Source: Bacteroidales bacterium (lineage in GTDB: Bacteria; Bacteroidota; Bacteroidia; Bacteroidales; PUMT01). Taken from it: 64,000 nucleotides of DNA. The translations under genes were made by a program, and so were the position numbers. Location of the stretch: positions 10,010 to 74,009 of the forward strand of contig SLCF01000051.1 in the NCBI GenBank assembly GCA_007125955.1, given 5' to 3'. The notes beneath the pieces were generated by a model that searched no databases, was not told the DNA's origin, and saw only the letters and a list, made by a program, of their open reading frames with translations. Every line of letters begins with the position of its first letter. Position 1 is the stretch's first letter. Below, in pieces: positions 10,195 through 20,229 of this stretch.

Positions 10195-10707
10195 ATGCCG
10201 CTAATTGAGTTAAAATCGGGTGAAAAAAGGAAGCAGTTAAGCATTCTTGAAAAAAGGGGAAGCAAAATGCGCATTCTGCTGGGTGAAAGGGAATATGATA
10301 TTGACGTGGTAAAAGTGGAAAACAACATCTATTCCCTTCTTTGCGAAAACAGGTCGTATAACATGAAAGTGGTTCCTGCCGGTAAAAAGAACTGCTATTC
10401 GGTAAGGTATGTCTGCTACTCTTACGATGTGGAAGTGGTGGATCCGGAAACCCGTTATATTGAAAGCAGGAAGAAGAGTTCCGGCGAAGATGATGAAAAT
10501 GTAATATCATCTCCAATGTCCGGTAAGATTGTAAGGGTAATGGTAAAGAAAGGCGACGAGGTTAAGCCTGGCCAGGTGGTGATTGTTGTGTCTGCCATGA
10601 AAATGGAAAGCGAATACAAATCTGGTAAAGCCGGAAAGGTTAAAGAAGTTCTCGTCAATGAGGGTGATGTGGTTGGGTCAGATACCCCGCTCATTGTTCT
10701 TGAGTAA
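10195..10707 (+). CDS. biotin carboxyl carrier protein (biotinyl/lipoyl domain)
   Basis: C-terminal biotinylation motif VSAMKMESEY sits inside a biotinyl-domain-like segment. The ~95-aa N-terminal part is non-canonical. Confidence 0.8.
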   Translation: MPLIELKSGEKRKQLSILEKRGSKMRILLGEREYDIDVVKVENNIYSLLCENRSYNMKVVPAGKKNCYSVRYVCYSYDVEVVDPETRYIESRKKSSGEDDENVISSPMSGKIVRVMVKKGDEVKPGQVVIVVSAMKMESEYKSGKAGKVKEVLVNEGDVVGSDTPLIVLE

Positions 10708-10733
10708 TAGTTTAGTAAAAACTTTTTACAGTT

Positions 10734-12269
10734 ATGTCTGCACTTGAAGATAAATTCCGTGAACTTGACAAAAAAAACCGCGAGGCTTTGAAAGGGGGAG
10801 GTGATGAAAGAATAGAAAAGCAGCATGCGGCAGGTAAGCTAACTGCAAGGGAGCGCCTGGAGATTTTGCTTGACAAGGGCTCTTTTACTGAAATTGACAA
10901 GATGGTGAAGCACCGCTGTTCCGATTTTGGTATGGGAGAGAAAAAAATTCCCGGAGACGGGATTGTTTCCGGCCATGGTAAGATTGACGGGAGACTTGTT
11001 TTCGCTATTGCACAGGATTTCACAGTTTTCGGCGGAACAATGAGCAGGGCTAATGCAGAGAAAGTTGTGAAAGTGATGAACCTGGCGATGAGAATGGGAG
11101 CCCCGGTTATCAGCCTGAACGATTCAGGCGGTGCCCGTATACAGGAGGGGGTTCAAAGTCTTGCCGGATATGCCGATATTTTTCACTCCAATGTGAAAGC
11201 TTCCGGTGTTATCCCTCAAATATCCGCCATACTGGGACCGTGTGCCGGAGGAGCGGTTTATTCCCCCGCATTAACCGATTTTATTGTAATGACAAAAGAG
11301 AACAGTTACATGTTCGTTACGGGGCCGGATGTGATTAGTGCTGTAACCCACGAAACAGTTACCAAGCAGGAACTGGGGGGAGCCATGACCCACAATTCGA
11401 AAAGCGGTGTTGCACATCTTGTAGCGGAAAATGATGAAGATTCAATGATGATGATAAGGGAACTGACAGGTTTCCTGCCGTCAAACAATATGGAGGATCC
11501 CCCTGTCAGACCTTTTGCCGGTGATGTCAGCGAAGTTGACGAAAGCCTTTTAAACCTGGTGCCGGCTGATCCCAACAAGCCGTATGATATGATGACATTG
11601 ATCGAATCTGTGGTCGATGATCACAACTTCTTTGAGATAATGCCCCATTATGCAAAGAACATTATTACAGGGTTCGGCAGGTTTGCAGGAAAACCCGCCG
11701 GGATAGTCGCCAATCAGCCTGCATTCCTGGCAGGCTCACTTGATATTAACTCCTCGGTAAAAGGTGCAAGGTTTGTTCGTTTCTGCGATTCATTTAACAT
11801 CCCCCTGATAATACTGGAGGATGTTCCCGGCTTTTTGCCCGGGATAAACCAGGAGTTCGGGGGGATAATAAAGCACGGTGCAAAGCTGCTGTATGCATTC
11901 TCTGAAGCAACGGTGCCCAAAATAACGGTTATTACAAGGAAATCGTACGGCGGAGCCTATTGTGTAATGGCCAGCAAGCATATTGGGGCAGATGTCAATC
12001 TTGCATTTCCCACTGCGGAGATTGCAGTAATGGGGCCGGAGGGCGCAGTAAATATAATTTTCAGGAACAAAACAGATTCTGAAAAGAGAAAAGCTGTGGA
12101 AGATTACCGGAAAGCATTTGCCAATCCCTATAAAGCTGCGGAACTGGGTTATATTGATGAAATTATTAATCCTTCCGAAACCAGGGCAAAGCTTATTACG
12201 GCACTAGAGATGACACAAAACAAGAGTGTTTCATCAATATCTAAAAAGCACGGTAACATGCCCCTTTAA
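10734..12269 (+). CDS. acyl-CoA carboxylase carboxyltransferase, single-chain PccB/MmdA type
   Basis: At 511 aa it has the typical length and sequence of the propionyl-CoA carboxylase beta / methylmalonyl-CoA carboxyltransferase family ([36 protein letters not shown]). Confidence 0.85.
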   Translation: MSALEDKFRELDKKNREALKGGGDERIEKQHAAGKLTARERLEILLDKGSFTEIDKMVKHRCSDFGMGEKKIPGDGIVSGHGKIDGRLVFAIAQDFTVFGGTMSRANAEKVVKVMNLAMRMGAPVISLNDSGGARIQEGVQSLAGYADIFHSNVKASGVIPQISAILGPCAGGAVYSPALTDFIVMTKENSYMFVTGPDVISAVTHETVTKQELGGAMTHNSKSGVAHLVAENDEDSMMMIRELTGFLPSNNMEDPPVRPFAGDVSEVDESLLNLVPADPNKPYDMMTLIESVVDDHNFFEIMPHYAKNIITGFGRFAGKPAGIVANQPAFLAGSLDINSSVKGARFVRFCDSFNIPLIILEDVPGFLPGINQEFGGIIKHGAKLLYAFSEATVPKITVITRKSYGGAYCVMASKHIGADVNLAFPTAEIAVMGPEGAVNIIFRNKTDSEKRKAVEDYRKAFANPYKAAELGYIDEIINPSETRAKLITALEMTQNKSVSSISKKHGNMPL

Positions 12270-12325
12270 AGATTTACCCCGTAGTTTTAAAAAAATCCTG
12301 GCAGATTTCCGGTAAGATGTCTTTT

Positions 12326-12553
12326 TTAAAAAACATCTATCTTCCCGCTGACCCTTACCTCAATGGGGATACCGTCTATTTCCCCCGGGATCATTCTCCT
12401 GATGCTGTTGTTATCCCTTGCAAGCAATACTAAAATGCATATATCACCTTTATCTGTGCGTCCTATACCGGCAGATACGACATTTTCCAAAGCCAGCCAT
12501 TTTTTTCTGTTCCTGGCGAGGATATTTTCAGCTTTTTTAAAGGTTTTATCCAT
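12326..12553 (-). CDS. 75-aa protein paralogous to the N-terminal domain of the adjacent protease
   Basis: Its ATG (12553) directly follows the TAG (12554-12556) of the protease gene. The sequence ENVVSAGIGRTDKGDICILV...IDGIPIEVRVSGKIDV aligns with protease residues ~20-85 (PNVVATGIGYKRTGG...DDLCIIC...LGGIPTDVHPTGPIHV). Confidence 0.6.
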   Translation of the reverse strand: MDKTFKKAENILARNRKKWLALENVVSAGIGRTDKGDICILVLLARDNNSIRRMIPGEIDGIPIEVRVSGKIDVF

Positions 12554-13555
12554 CTATACCAGGGTAATTTCCATTTTATCAAAAACATTCTGAATCCTGT
12601 TGAAAACGGTGGTGTTGACACTGCCTGCAAAAAGGAGTCCCACAACCTCATTCTCACTGTTCAGCACAACAGAACCGCTGTCACCCCCTTCACTCATTGC
12701 ACCTGCAATAAGCTGGTCGGTAAAAAGGGCTGTCCTGCCTGCACCAAAACCCACCCTAACGGTAGCATGTACCTGCTCAATCACCCCATTGGTTAGTCCA
12801 GTAGTACGCCCGCTCTTTTTCACCTCCATTCCGAGCTTCCCTTCAGCAACACCCGCAGGGGTGCCAATCTGCAGTATCTCATTTACAACATCATTCTCAT
12901 CAACCGGTTCGGCTATGGCACAATCAACAAGGTTTTCCGTCTGCCGGGTTTCAACTGCAAAAAGACGCATACCGCTGCCCGTAATTCTTGCCATAAAGTT
13001 GAACAGACTGCTGATACCCCTTGCAAAGAAGCACCTCCCGCTCCCGTTTTCAAAACAGATTGGCACAAATTCATACAGTTTCCCAATAGTGTCACCGGAA
13101 ACGGCACCACCATCGTGAGGTCCGGGCTGAAGAATGACATCCCCTGCTTCAGCTTTGTTTGAATTGGCAAGAACATGGTTGTTGGAAAGGATAAAGATTT
13201 TGTCATCCCTCTTTACAAGGCATCCGAGTGTGCCGGCTGTAATGTTGAAATGGCCTGTACTTACACCTCCCGGGGCGGGGCGGAACCTGCCGGTGGGTGG
13301 CTGGCGGACGTGAATCGGTCCGGTTGGATGAACATCTGTAGGGATCCCCCCGAGAAATGGAGGTACAAGCTCCCTTTTGCTGAGACCGGCGGCTGCCACC
13401 TTCGTTTCAACCGAGCATATTATGCAAAGATCATCCGTTGCCTTACCGCCGGTTCTCTTGTAGCCAATGCCTGTTGCCACAACATTGGGCTTTGACATGA
13501 GCATTTGGTTCACTCCGGCCAGTGTTTCCCTTATCTTGCTGAGTGAATTTTCCAT
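12554..13555 (-). CDS. chymotrypsin-fold (S1-like) serine protease without signal peptide
   Basis: The triad occurs in H-D-S order: SNNHVLAN (His127), LVDCAIAE (Asp211), GGDSGSVV (Ser293). No hydrophobic N-terminal signal is present (MENSLSKIRETLAGVNQ...). An ~85-aa N-terminal extra domain precedes the protease fold. Confidence 0.75.
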   Translation of the reverse strand: MENSLSKIRETLAGVNQMLMSKPNVVATGIGYKRTGGKATDDLCIICSVETKVAAAGLSKRELVPPFLGGIPTDVHPTGPIHVRQPPTGRFRPAPGGVSTGHFNITAGTLGCLVKRDDKIFILSNNHVLANSNKAEAGDVILQPGPHDGGAVSGDTIGKLYEFVPICFENGSGRCFFARGISSLFNFMARITGSGMRLFAVETRQTENLVDCAIAEPVDENDVVNEILQIGTPAGVAEGKLGMEVKKSGRTTGLTNGVIEQVHATVRVGFGAGRTALFTDQLIAGAMSEGGDSGSVVLNSENEVVGLLFAGSVNTTVFNRIQNVFDKMEITLV

Positions 13556-13612
13556 TGATTAACGGATTAGTTTTTCAGTAAATAAGCGCTTTATCCCTGA
13601 TGCACTGTTTAA

Positions 13613-16600
13613 TCAACTTCTCTTTCCGGCTATCCATTCCCTTGCATTCACAAAAGCGGTCAGCCACGGGGTTACTTCATCCCTGGGGCGCTCTGAGGGA
13701 TATATTGCCCAGTTCCAGGGATAGAGCGAACGTTCCAGATGGGGCATCATGGCCAGGTGCCTTCCGTCAGGACTGCAAATTGCGGCTGCGGCAAAACGCG
13801 AGCCGTTCGGATTGCCGGGATACTCTTCGTAAGTGTATTTCATCGGGATATTGTAATCGCTTTCTTCACCGGGAAGATTGAACTTCCCTTCCCCGTGTGC
13901 TATCCAGATACCCAGTCTGCTGTAAGCCAGGGAACCAAGCATCACTGAATTGTTTTCAGGTATGTCAACATTGATGAAGGCCGATTCGAACTTGTGCGAA
14001 TCATTGAACTCCATTCGGGGATGGTTATCGCCATATTCACCTACAAGTCCGAGTTCCACCATTAGCTGACAGCCGTTGCAGACACCCAGACTGAGCGTAT
14101 CGTTTCTGGCATAGAACCTGTCAATTGCCTCCTTTGCCTTTTCGTTATAAAGGAAAGCCCCTGCCCATCCTTTTGCCGAACCAAGCACATCACTGTTGGA
14201 GAATCCTCCAACGAAAACTATCATATTGACATCTTCAAGTGTTTCCCTGCCGCTTATAAGGTCAGTCATATGCACATCCTTCACATCCATTCCCGCAAGG
14301 TGCATTATCCATGCCATCTCCCTGTCGCCGTTCACCCCCTTCTCCCTTATTATAGCAGCTTTTATGCCGGTCCTTCCGGTACGGACGGGATCAATACCGT
14401 ACTGATCCACTCTTCCTGAAAAATCGAACGTAAACCTGAAGGATAGAACCTGGCTGCCGTAATTGCGAAACCTTTCAAGTGCAAGCTGTTCACCCGACTG
14501 CCTCGTGTCAAGAAGGTATGAAGAACGGAACCATACATCCCTCAGCTTGTCAATATCAAACAGCTGTTTATTCTCCATGCTGGAATGCGCTAGTGTAAAC
14601 TGCCTTTTGCTGTTGTACCCGGATATTACGCGGGCATCCACCCCCTTTTCTTTTAGTTTTGATACAATACGATCACCTTCCTCCACCTGCAGCAGCACTG
14701 CAGGTTTTTCACTGAAAAGCAGGTGAACCAGGTCGTTGTCAAAAACCGTTAGATCAACGTTCAGTCCGTCATGCCTGCCTGCAAAGCACATCTCCAGCAG
14801 CGCCGTTACCAGTCCCCCGGCCGACACATCGTGTCCTGCAAGCACATCGCCGTTGCCGACAAGATCCTGTACCGCACCGAAAGCTTTTGCAAAATAGCCG
14901 GCATCCTTAACTGTAGGGCACTCTTTGCCGATAAAGTTAAGCGACTGGGCAAAGCTGCTTCCGCCAAGGTGGAATTCATCACCTGAAAAGTCGATATAGA
15001 TAACCGAACTCCCCGGAATGTTCTTCAGGTTGGTGGTAACCCTTTTCCTTATATCTTTCACCTCTGCAGCGGCTGATATAATTACCGTGCCGGGTGCGAA
15101 AACCAGAGTGCCGTCCTTGTATTTCTGGGTCATTGAAAGGGAATCCTTCCCTGTGGGAATATTTATCCCGAGTGCTTTTGCAAAACCTGATGCCGCCTCA
15201 ACTGCGCGGTAAAGCCTGCTGTCTTCACCTTTGTGACGGGTTGCCCACATCCAGTTGGCGCTCAGGGAAACTCCCCTGAGGCCGTCCTGCAGCGGTGCCC
15301 ATAAAATATTGGTAAGAGCCTCTGCAATAGCAAGCACCGATCCGGCAGCAGGGTCTATCAATGCCGGTATTGGAGCATGTCCTATCGCCGTTGCCACCCC
15401 CCTGAAACCTCCATAGTCCAGGGCCATTACCGCCATATTGTTCAGCGGAAGCTGCACCTCTCCTGCCGTCTGCTGCATAGCCACCCTGCCGGTAACACTT
15501 CGGTCAACCTTGTTGGTAAGCCAGTCCTTGCAAGCTACGGCTTCCATCTGCAGAAGTGAAACAAGGTACTCCCTGTATCTTTTAGGATCATACTGCAGCT
15601 CTTCAAAATCATTCCCCACGGTTACATCATTCATAACTGTCTGCGGAGGCTTGCCAAAAAGCCACTCAAGCTTCATGTCAAGAGGTTTGATTTTCTTAAC
15701 CGAATCTTCAAAGGTGAAGTTCATATCGCCGGTCACCTCACCGATATCGTACATCGGAGCCCGCTCCCTTTCAGCCACTTTTTTAAGGAAGATTGCATCA
15801 GCAGGTTTGATCACCAGTCCCATTCTCTCCTGCGACTCGTTACCGGCAATCTCCCTGGCAGATAAAGTGGGATCGCCAACCGGCAGCTTATCCATCTCGA
15901 TTCTTCCTCCCGTTTCCTCAACAAGCTCTGAAAGGCAGTTGAGATGTCCGCCGGCTCCATGGTCGTGTATGGAAACTATAGGGTTTTGATCCGATTCCAT
16001 CATGGCACGGATGGCGTTGCTCACCCTTTTCTGCATTTCGGGATTGGAACGTTGTACGGCATTCAGTTCTATAAGATTGTCGTATTCGCCTGTTGCAACG
16101 GATGAAACAGAACTTCCACCCATACCAATTCTGTAATTGTCACCTCCCATCATTATTATACGGTCGCCTTTTGCGGGCACATCCTTCATGCTGTCCCTCT
16201 TCTTCCCGTAACCTACACCCCCGGCAAGCATTATCACCTTGTCGTAACCGTATGTACGGCCTTTCCCGGCATGCTCGAATGTAAGAAGGCTTCCGCAGAC
16301 CAGAGGCTGTCCGAATTTGTTCCCGAAATCGCTTGCTCCGTTGGAAGCCTTCACAAGTATATCCTCAGGTGTACGGTAAAGCCATTTTCTTGGAAGTATA
16401 CCGTTCTCCCACTGCCTCCCCTCTTCAGTCCTGGCATAGGGGGTCATGTAAACGGCAGTACCTGCAAGCGGCACGGCACCTTTTCCTCCCGCAAGCCGGT
16501 CGCGTATCTCCCCTCCCGTTCCCGTAGCAGCACCGTTAAAAGGTTCAACAGTGGTCGGGAAATTGTGTGTCTCAGCCTTGAGGGAAAGAACCGTTTCAAC

Positions 16601-17308
16601 CTCTTTAACCATAAACCAGTCAGCTACATCCTGCCTTCCGGGTGCAAACTGCTTTGCAACAGGCCCTTTTAAAAAGGCGCAGTTATCCTTGTATGCTGAT
16701 ACCACCCTGTTGGGATTGGTTTTGGTGGTCTGTTTAATAAGCTGAAAAAGCGAGTGAGGCATCTCTCTGCCGTCGATTATAAAACGGCCGTTGAATATCT
16801 TGTGCCGGCAATGTTCCGAATTGACCTGGGAGAATCCGAATATCTCGGTATCTGTAAGCTGCCTTCCTATGTGACTGCTGACTTCTTCCAGGTATCTTAT
16901 CTCTTCTTCACTGAGTGCAAGTCCCTCCTGCCTGTTGAAAGTATCAATATCCTCTATGAGCAGAACCGGTTCCGGGTCCTTGTCTATCAGAAAAATATCC
17001 TGCGTCAGGTTATAATAAAGGCTTTGAAGCATGGGGTCGTATTGCGGGTCGTCTTCTGCCACAAAGAATTCCTCTATGCGACTGATACCTGAAATGCCCA
17101 TATTCTGTGTAATCTCAACTGCATTGGTGCTCCAGGGGGTAACCATTTCCCGGCGCGGCCCTATAAAAGTGTCTTCAATACGGGAAACATCGAGATAAGT
17201 CGCGCCGGCAAACAGCCATGTAAGTTTACCGATATCCGTTTGATGCGGTTTATGTTTTGTTTCGACTGCAATCACCTTGCCGGACCGGTTACGGAAGAAT
17301 AATATCAT
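13613..17308 (-). CDS. purL: phosphoribosylformylglycinamidine (FGAM) synthase, single-chain large form
   Basis: 1231 aa with a C-terminal glutamine amidotransferase domain (GVCNGCQLM, HGEG) and AIRS-type repeats. Confidence 0.95.
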   Translation of the reverse strand: MILFFRNRSGKVIAVETKHKPHQTDIGKLTWLFAGATYLDVSRIEDTFIGPRREMVTPWSTNAVEITQNMGISGISRIEEFFVAEDDPQYDPMLQSLYYNLTQDIFLIDKDPEPVLLIEDIDTFNRQEGLALSEEEIRYLEEVSSHIGRQLTDTEIFGFSQVNSEHCRHKIFNGRFIIDGREMPHSLFQLIKQTTKTNPNRVVSAYKDNCAFLKGPVAKQFAPGRQDVADWFMVKEVETVLSLKAETHNFPTTVEPFNGAATGTGGEIRDRLAGGKGAVPLAGTAVYMTPYARTEEGRQWENGILPRKWLYRTPEDILVKASNGASDFGNKFGQPLVCGSLLTFEHAGKGRTYGYDKVIMLAGGVGYGKKRDSMKDVPAKGDRIIMMGGDNYRIGMGGSSVSSVATGEYDNLIELNAVQRSNPEMQKRVSNAIRAMMESDQNPIVSIHDHGAGGHLNCLSELVEETGGRIEMDKLPVGDPTLSAREIAGNESQERMGLVIKPADAIFLKKVAERERAPMYDIGEVTGDMNFTFEDSVKKIKPLDMKLEWLFGKPPQTVMNDVTVGNDFEELQYDPKRYREYLVSLLQMEAVACKDWLTNKVDRSVTGRVAMQQTAGEVQLPLNNMAVMALDYGGFRGVATAIGHAPIPALIDPAAGSVLAIAEALTNILWAPLQDGLRGVSLSANWMWATRHKGEDSRLYRAVEAASGFAKALGINIPTGKDSLSMTQKYKDGTLVFAPGTVIISAAAEVKDIRKRVTTNLKNIPGSSVIYIDFSGDEFHLGGSSFAQSLNFIGKECPTVKDAGYFAKAFGAVQDLVGNGDVLAGHDVSAGGLVTALLEMCFAGRHDGLNVDLTVFDNDLVHLLFSEKPAVLLQVEEGDRIVSKLKEKGVDARVISGYNSKRQFTLAHSSMENKQLFDIDKLRDVWFRSSYLLDTRQSGEQLALERFRNYGSQVLSFRFTFDFSGRVDQYGIDPVRTGRTGIKAAIIREKGVNGDREMAWIMHLAGMDVKDVHMTDLISGRETLEDVNMIVFVGGFSNSDVLGSAKGWAGAFLYNEKAKEAIDRFYARNDTLSLGVCNGCQLMVELGLVGEYGDNHPRMEFNDSHKFESAFINVDIPENNSVMLGSLAYSRLGIWIAHGEGKFNLPGEESDYNIPMKYTYEEYPGNPNGSRFAAAAICSPDGRHLAMMPHLERSLYPWNWAIYPSERPRDEVTPWLTAFVNAREWIAGKRS

Positions 17309-17450
17309 TTTTATACTGTTTGGGAAAGAATAGAAACCTTTTCTGATGCGAAATTATAAAAAAAGGATAATACCCGGAAGACAAATTCTCCTTGAAATAC
17401 TTTTATTTACGCAGGGAAGAAACAAACAATGTTTGAAACCGGTATTGCCT

Positions 17451-19817
17451 TCATTCATACCTGAGCGATTCAACAGGGTTTCTGCGGGCTATATTCCATG
17501 TTTTCCCGATTGTGATAACTGTTTGCAGTAGAAGCACAATCGCTATCCCCAGGATAAAAAGCCACCATTTCACAGGAGCCTTTACAGCATAATTTTGCAG
17601 CCATCTGTCAAGAAGAAAGTAGCTGACCGGGATGGCAATTACCGAAGCTATGGCAACCCATTTCAGGGAATTGTAGTATAGTACGGCCACCATTTGTATT
17701 GTTGATCCGCCAAGAGCCTTACGGATGCCTATCTCCTTGGTGCGCCTGGAAATACTGTTGGAGACCAGCATGAATATACCCATCATCACTATTAAAACCG
17801 CTATTACTGCCCCCACCCTTATGATCTTCCCAAACCTCTCTTCGGAAGCATAGAAGCTCCTGTAAATATCTGCTGTGTTCCTTGAACTTAAAATATAACC
17901 CTCATCAAATGATTTGAGGGTCTGCTCAATTTTTTCCATTGCCACGGGATAGTCGGCGTTAGCATCCAGCCTTACAAGTATGTTGTTAATATTCTCAGAA
18001 TATGCAGTAAGCACGAGCGGCTGAATAACATTCGCAGCAGATGAGTAGTGAAAATCTTTGACCACACCAATAACCTCCATAGGGTTCTGGAACATCACCA
18101 CCTGACTGCCCACTGCCGAAGTGAGTCCAAGCATTCTTTCAGCCGCCTCGTTCAATATTACGTTTTGCCTGTCGGTTGCCATATCAGGATCAAAAAAACG
18201 CCCCTCCTTCAGTTCCAGTTCCAGCAAGCTGCACAAACCTGCCTGAATACGGTATTCATTGATAGTTTGAATGTTATCCGATTGGCTTTCAACCAGTCTG
18301 ATTCCCTGTCCGCTGCCTCCGCCGCCGATGGTATGGCCCGAGGCTGCAACGCCTGCCACTTCGGGAATATTGAGCAGCTGGTCACTTATCTCAGGATACT
18401 GCCTCTTCATGTTGTCATTCAAATTGAAAATATTGACAACTCCCCCGGTATTTAACCCCGGCGGAAGGTTTTGCAGGTAATTTACCTGGTTGGTAATGCC
18501 GAAAAGGTATGTGAGCAGCACAAGGGTAACTACAAGCTGCAGTCCCCCGGCCAGGTTCACAACTACTCTTTTACGGCCCACCTTACCGCTATAGGATTTC
18601 AGGATTGCAACAGGCTTGAGCCGGCTGAGGTAGAAGGCCGGATAACTCCCTGAAAGTAAAATTGTCAGAATAAATATCCCGGCCAGTGCAAAAATCAGCA
18701 GCGGCGACAACAAAAGGTTCCCGGGGAAACTGCGCCTCATCAGATCGCCGAACTGGGGCAAAAAGAGCTCAGCCAGTACCAGTCCGATTACAAACGATAT
18801 GGCCACTATGAAAGTTGTTTCAGCAAAGAACTGTCTGACTATATCAGCCTTTCCTGCACCGTTTACCTTTCTGATACCAATTTCTTTGGCCCGTTGTTCT
18901 CCTTCAATCACAAACAGGTTGACAAAATTTGTAAGCGCCAGGAACATTACAAGAACAGCAATGGCCCCCACGAGAATAACGGTACTTATACTTCCGCGCT
19001 GACCAAGATCATATGAAGCTGATGAAAAGAGATGCAACCTGGTAAGTGGTTCAATCTCAGATGCGAAATCAGAACCATGAAACATGCTGAACCTCTCCGT
19101 AAGCATTTCGTTGTTTGCCTGGCATATTGCATCACCTGTTGTTTTGGGATCTGCGTTTTGATCAAAGAGGTAGTAAGTAAAAAACTCAAGCCCCCCAAGC
19201 TGGTGCATAAAATGGAGGGCATTAATGGGTAAAAGCAGATCAAAGGAAAAATGTGTGTTCTCAGGTACATCATCCATAACAGCCGATACAGTGTAGCTTT
19301 TATTTTCTATCTCCACTATCTGGCCCGCTGCCGGTTTGTTGCCGAAAATTTTCCCGGCCAGCTCTTTGGTCAGCACAACCGAGCCGGGGTCACTGAGAGC
19401 ATGATCGGCAGAACCCTCGATAATGTCGAAATCAAAAACATCGAAGAAGGTCGAATCGACGTATAAAGGAGTGTTGTGAGCATACCTTACATTATCATAT
19501 ATAATCTCGATACTCCAGTACCTGTAGATCTGGACGGCTGTTTCGATGCCAGGAACATTTTGAGGGATTTCAGTGAAAGCCGTGCGTAAATTTATCGGGT
19601 GAACCACCTCACTGTCTCCATCCTTCCATATCGTATGGAGACGGTTAATCCTGCCGGCATTTGAAAAATGGCGGTCGTAGCTCCATTCGTGCAAAATGAA
19701 AGCCACCAGCAGGATGGTCGTTGCCAGTCCGATTGATAATCCGATAACGTTAATTGCCAGGGTAGCCTTGTTTTTCCCGGCATGTTGATAAAGACTCCTG
19801 ATCTTTCTTATCATCAT
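17451..19817 (-). CDS. FtsX/MacB-like ABC transporter permease (duplicated FtsX domains)
   Basis: 788 aa with an N-terminal TM helix, a MacB-like periplasmic domain and two 4-TM FtsX-type blocks (…KEIGIRKVNGAGK…, …KEIGIRKALGGST…). There is no adjacent ATPase gene. Confidence 0.85.
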   Translation of the reverse strand: MMIRKIRSLYQHAGKNKATLAINVIGLSIGLATTILLVAFILHEWSYDRHFSNAGRINRLHTIWKDGDSEVVHPINLRTAFTEIPQNVPGIETAVQIYRYWSIEIIYDNVRYAHNTPLYVDSTFFDVFDFDIIEGSADHALSDPGSVVLTKELAGKIFGNKPAAGQIVEIENKSYTVSAVMDDVPENTHFSFDLLLPINALHFMHQLGGLEFFTYYLFDQNADPKTTGDAICQANNEMLTERFSMFHGSDFASEIEPLTRLHLFSSASYDLGQRGSISTVILVGAIAVLVMFLALTNFVNLFVIEGEQRAKEIGIRKVNGAGKADIVRQFFAETTFIVAISFVIGLVLAELFLPQFGDLMRRSFPGNLLLSPLLIFALAGIFILTILLSGSYPAFYLSRLKPVAILKSYSGKVGRKRVVVNLAGGLQLVVTLVLLTYLFGITNQVNYLQNLPPGLNTGGVVNIFNLNDNMKRQYPEISDQLLNIPEVAGVAASGHTIGGGGSGQGIRLVESQSDNIQTINEYRIQAGLCSLLELELKEGRFFDPDMATDRQNVILNEAAERMLGLTSAVGSQVVMFQNPMEVIGVVKDFHYSSAANVIQPLVLTAYSENINNILVRLDANADYPVAMEKIEQTLKSFDEGYILSSRNTADIYRSFYASEERFGKIIRVGAVIAVLIVMMGIFMLVSNSISRRTKEIGIRKALGGSTIQMVAVLYYNSLKWVAIASVIAIPVSYFLLDRWLQNYAVKAPVKWWLFILGIAIVLLLQTVITIGKTWNIARRNPVESLRYE

Positions 19818-20068
19818 TTACTGAAATTTTGATTTATCAAAACTCCCGGCTGTACAGTCATCGCCAATATGCGATACCTAAGGCCTGGAAAATATGTCCC
19901 TTATATCAGGTGTGCCAATAAGCAATTTTTTTTGACAACTTTTTATTACAGGTTTAGCCGGGCATAATGTATCACGCCTTATATTAGCTTTTCATTTATT
20001 ATGCCAAACAACACATATACTTAAAAATGTAACAGTTGCGCATTTATCCGGGAAACTTTTCTCATATA

Positions 20069-20101
20069 ATTGTCCGGTTATGAAACAGTTATTGTCCGGT
20101 T
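20069..20101 (+). promoter_or_regulatory. 11-bp perfect direct repeat ATTGTCCGGTT x2, 22-bp period, upstream of sodB
   Basis: The copies lie at 20069-20079 and 20091-20101, about 130-160 bp upstream of the sodB ATG. Confidence 0.3.
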
Positions 20102-20229
20102 TCGTGCAGATTAATACAGAACATCCAAACTCTTCAGGAAAACTTTTTATTTTCCCTATATTATTCTTAAATTGTGCTTATTGTCATTTTTTCAAATGAC
20201 CCGTATTGTTGAATTAAAAAAATATAGCT

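Noticed and set aside
12315-12338. An AT-rich palindrome AGATGT-cttttttaaaaa-ACATCT lies between the carboxyltransferase gene and the small ORF and could be a bidirectional terminator.
   Set aside because: The stem has only 6 GC-poor base pairs. The T/A runs are inside the loop rather than trailing the stem, and the structure overlaps the last codons and stop of the 75-aa ORF. This is too weak to call.
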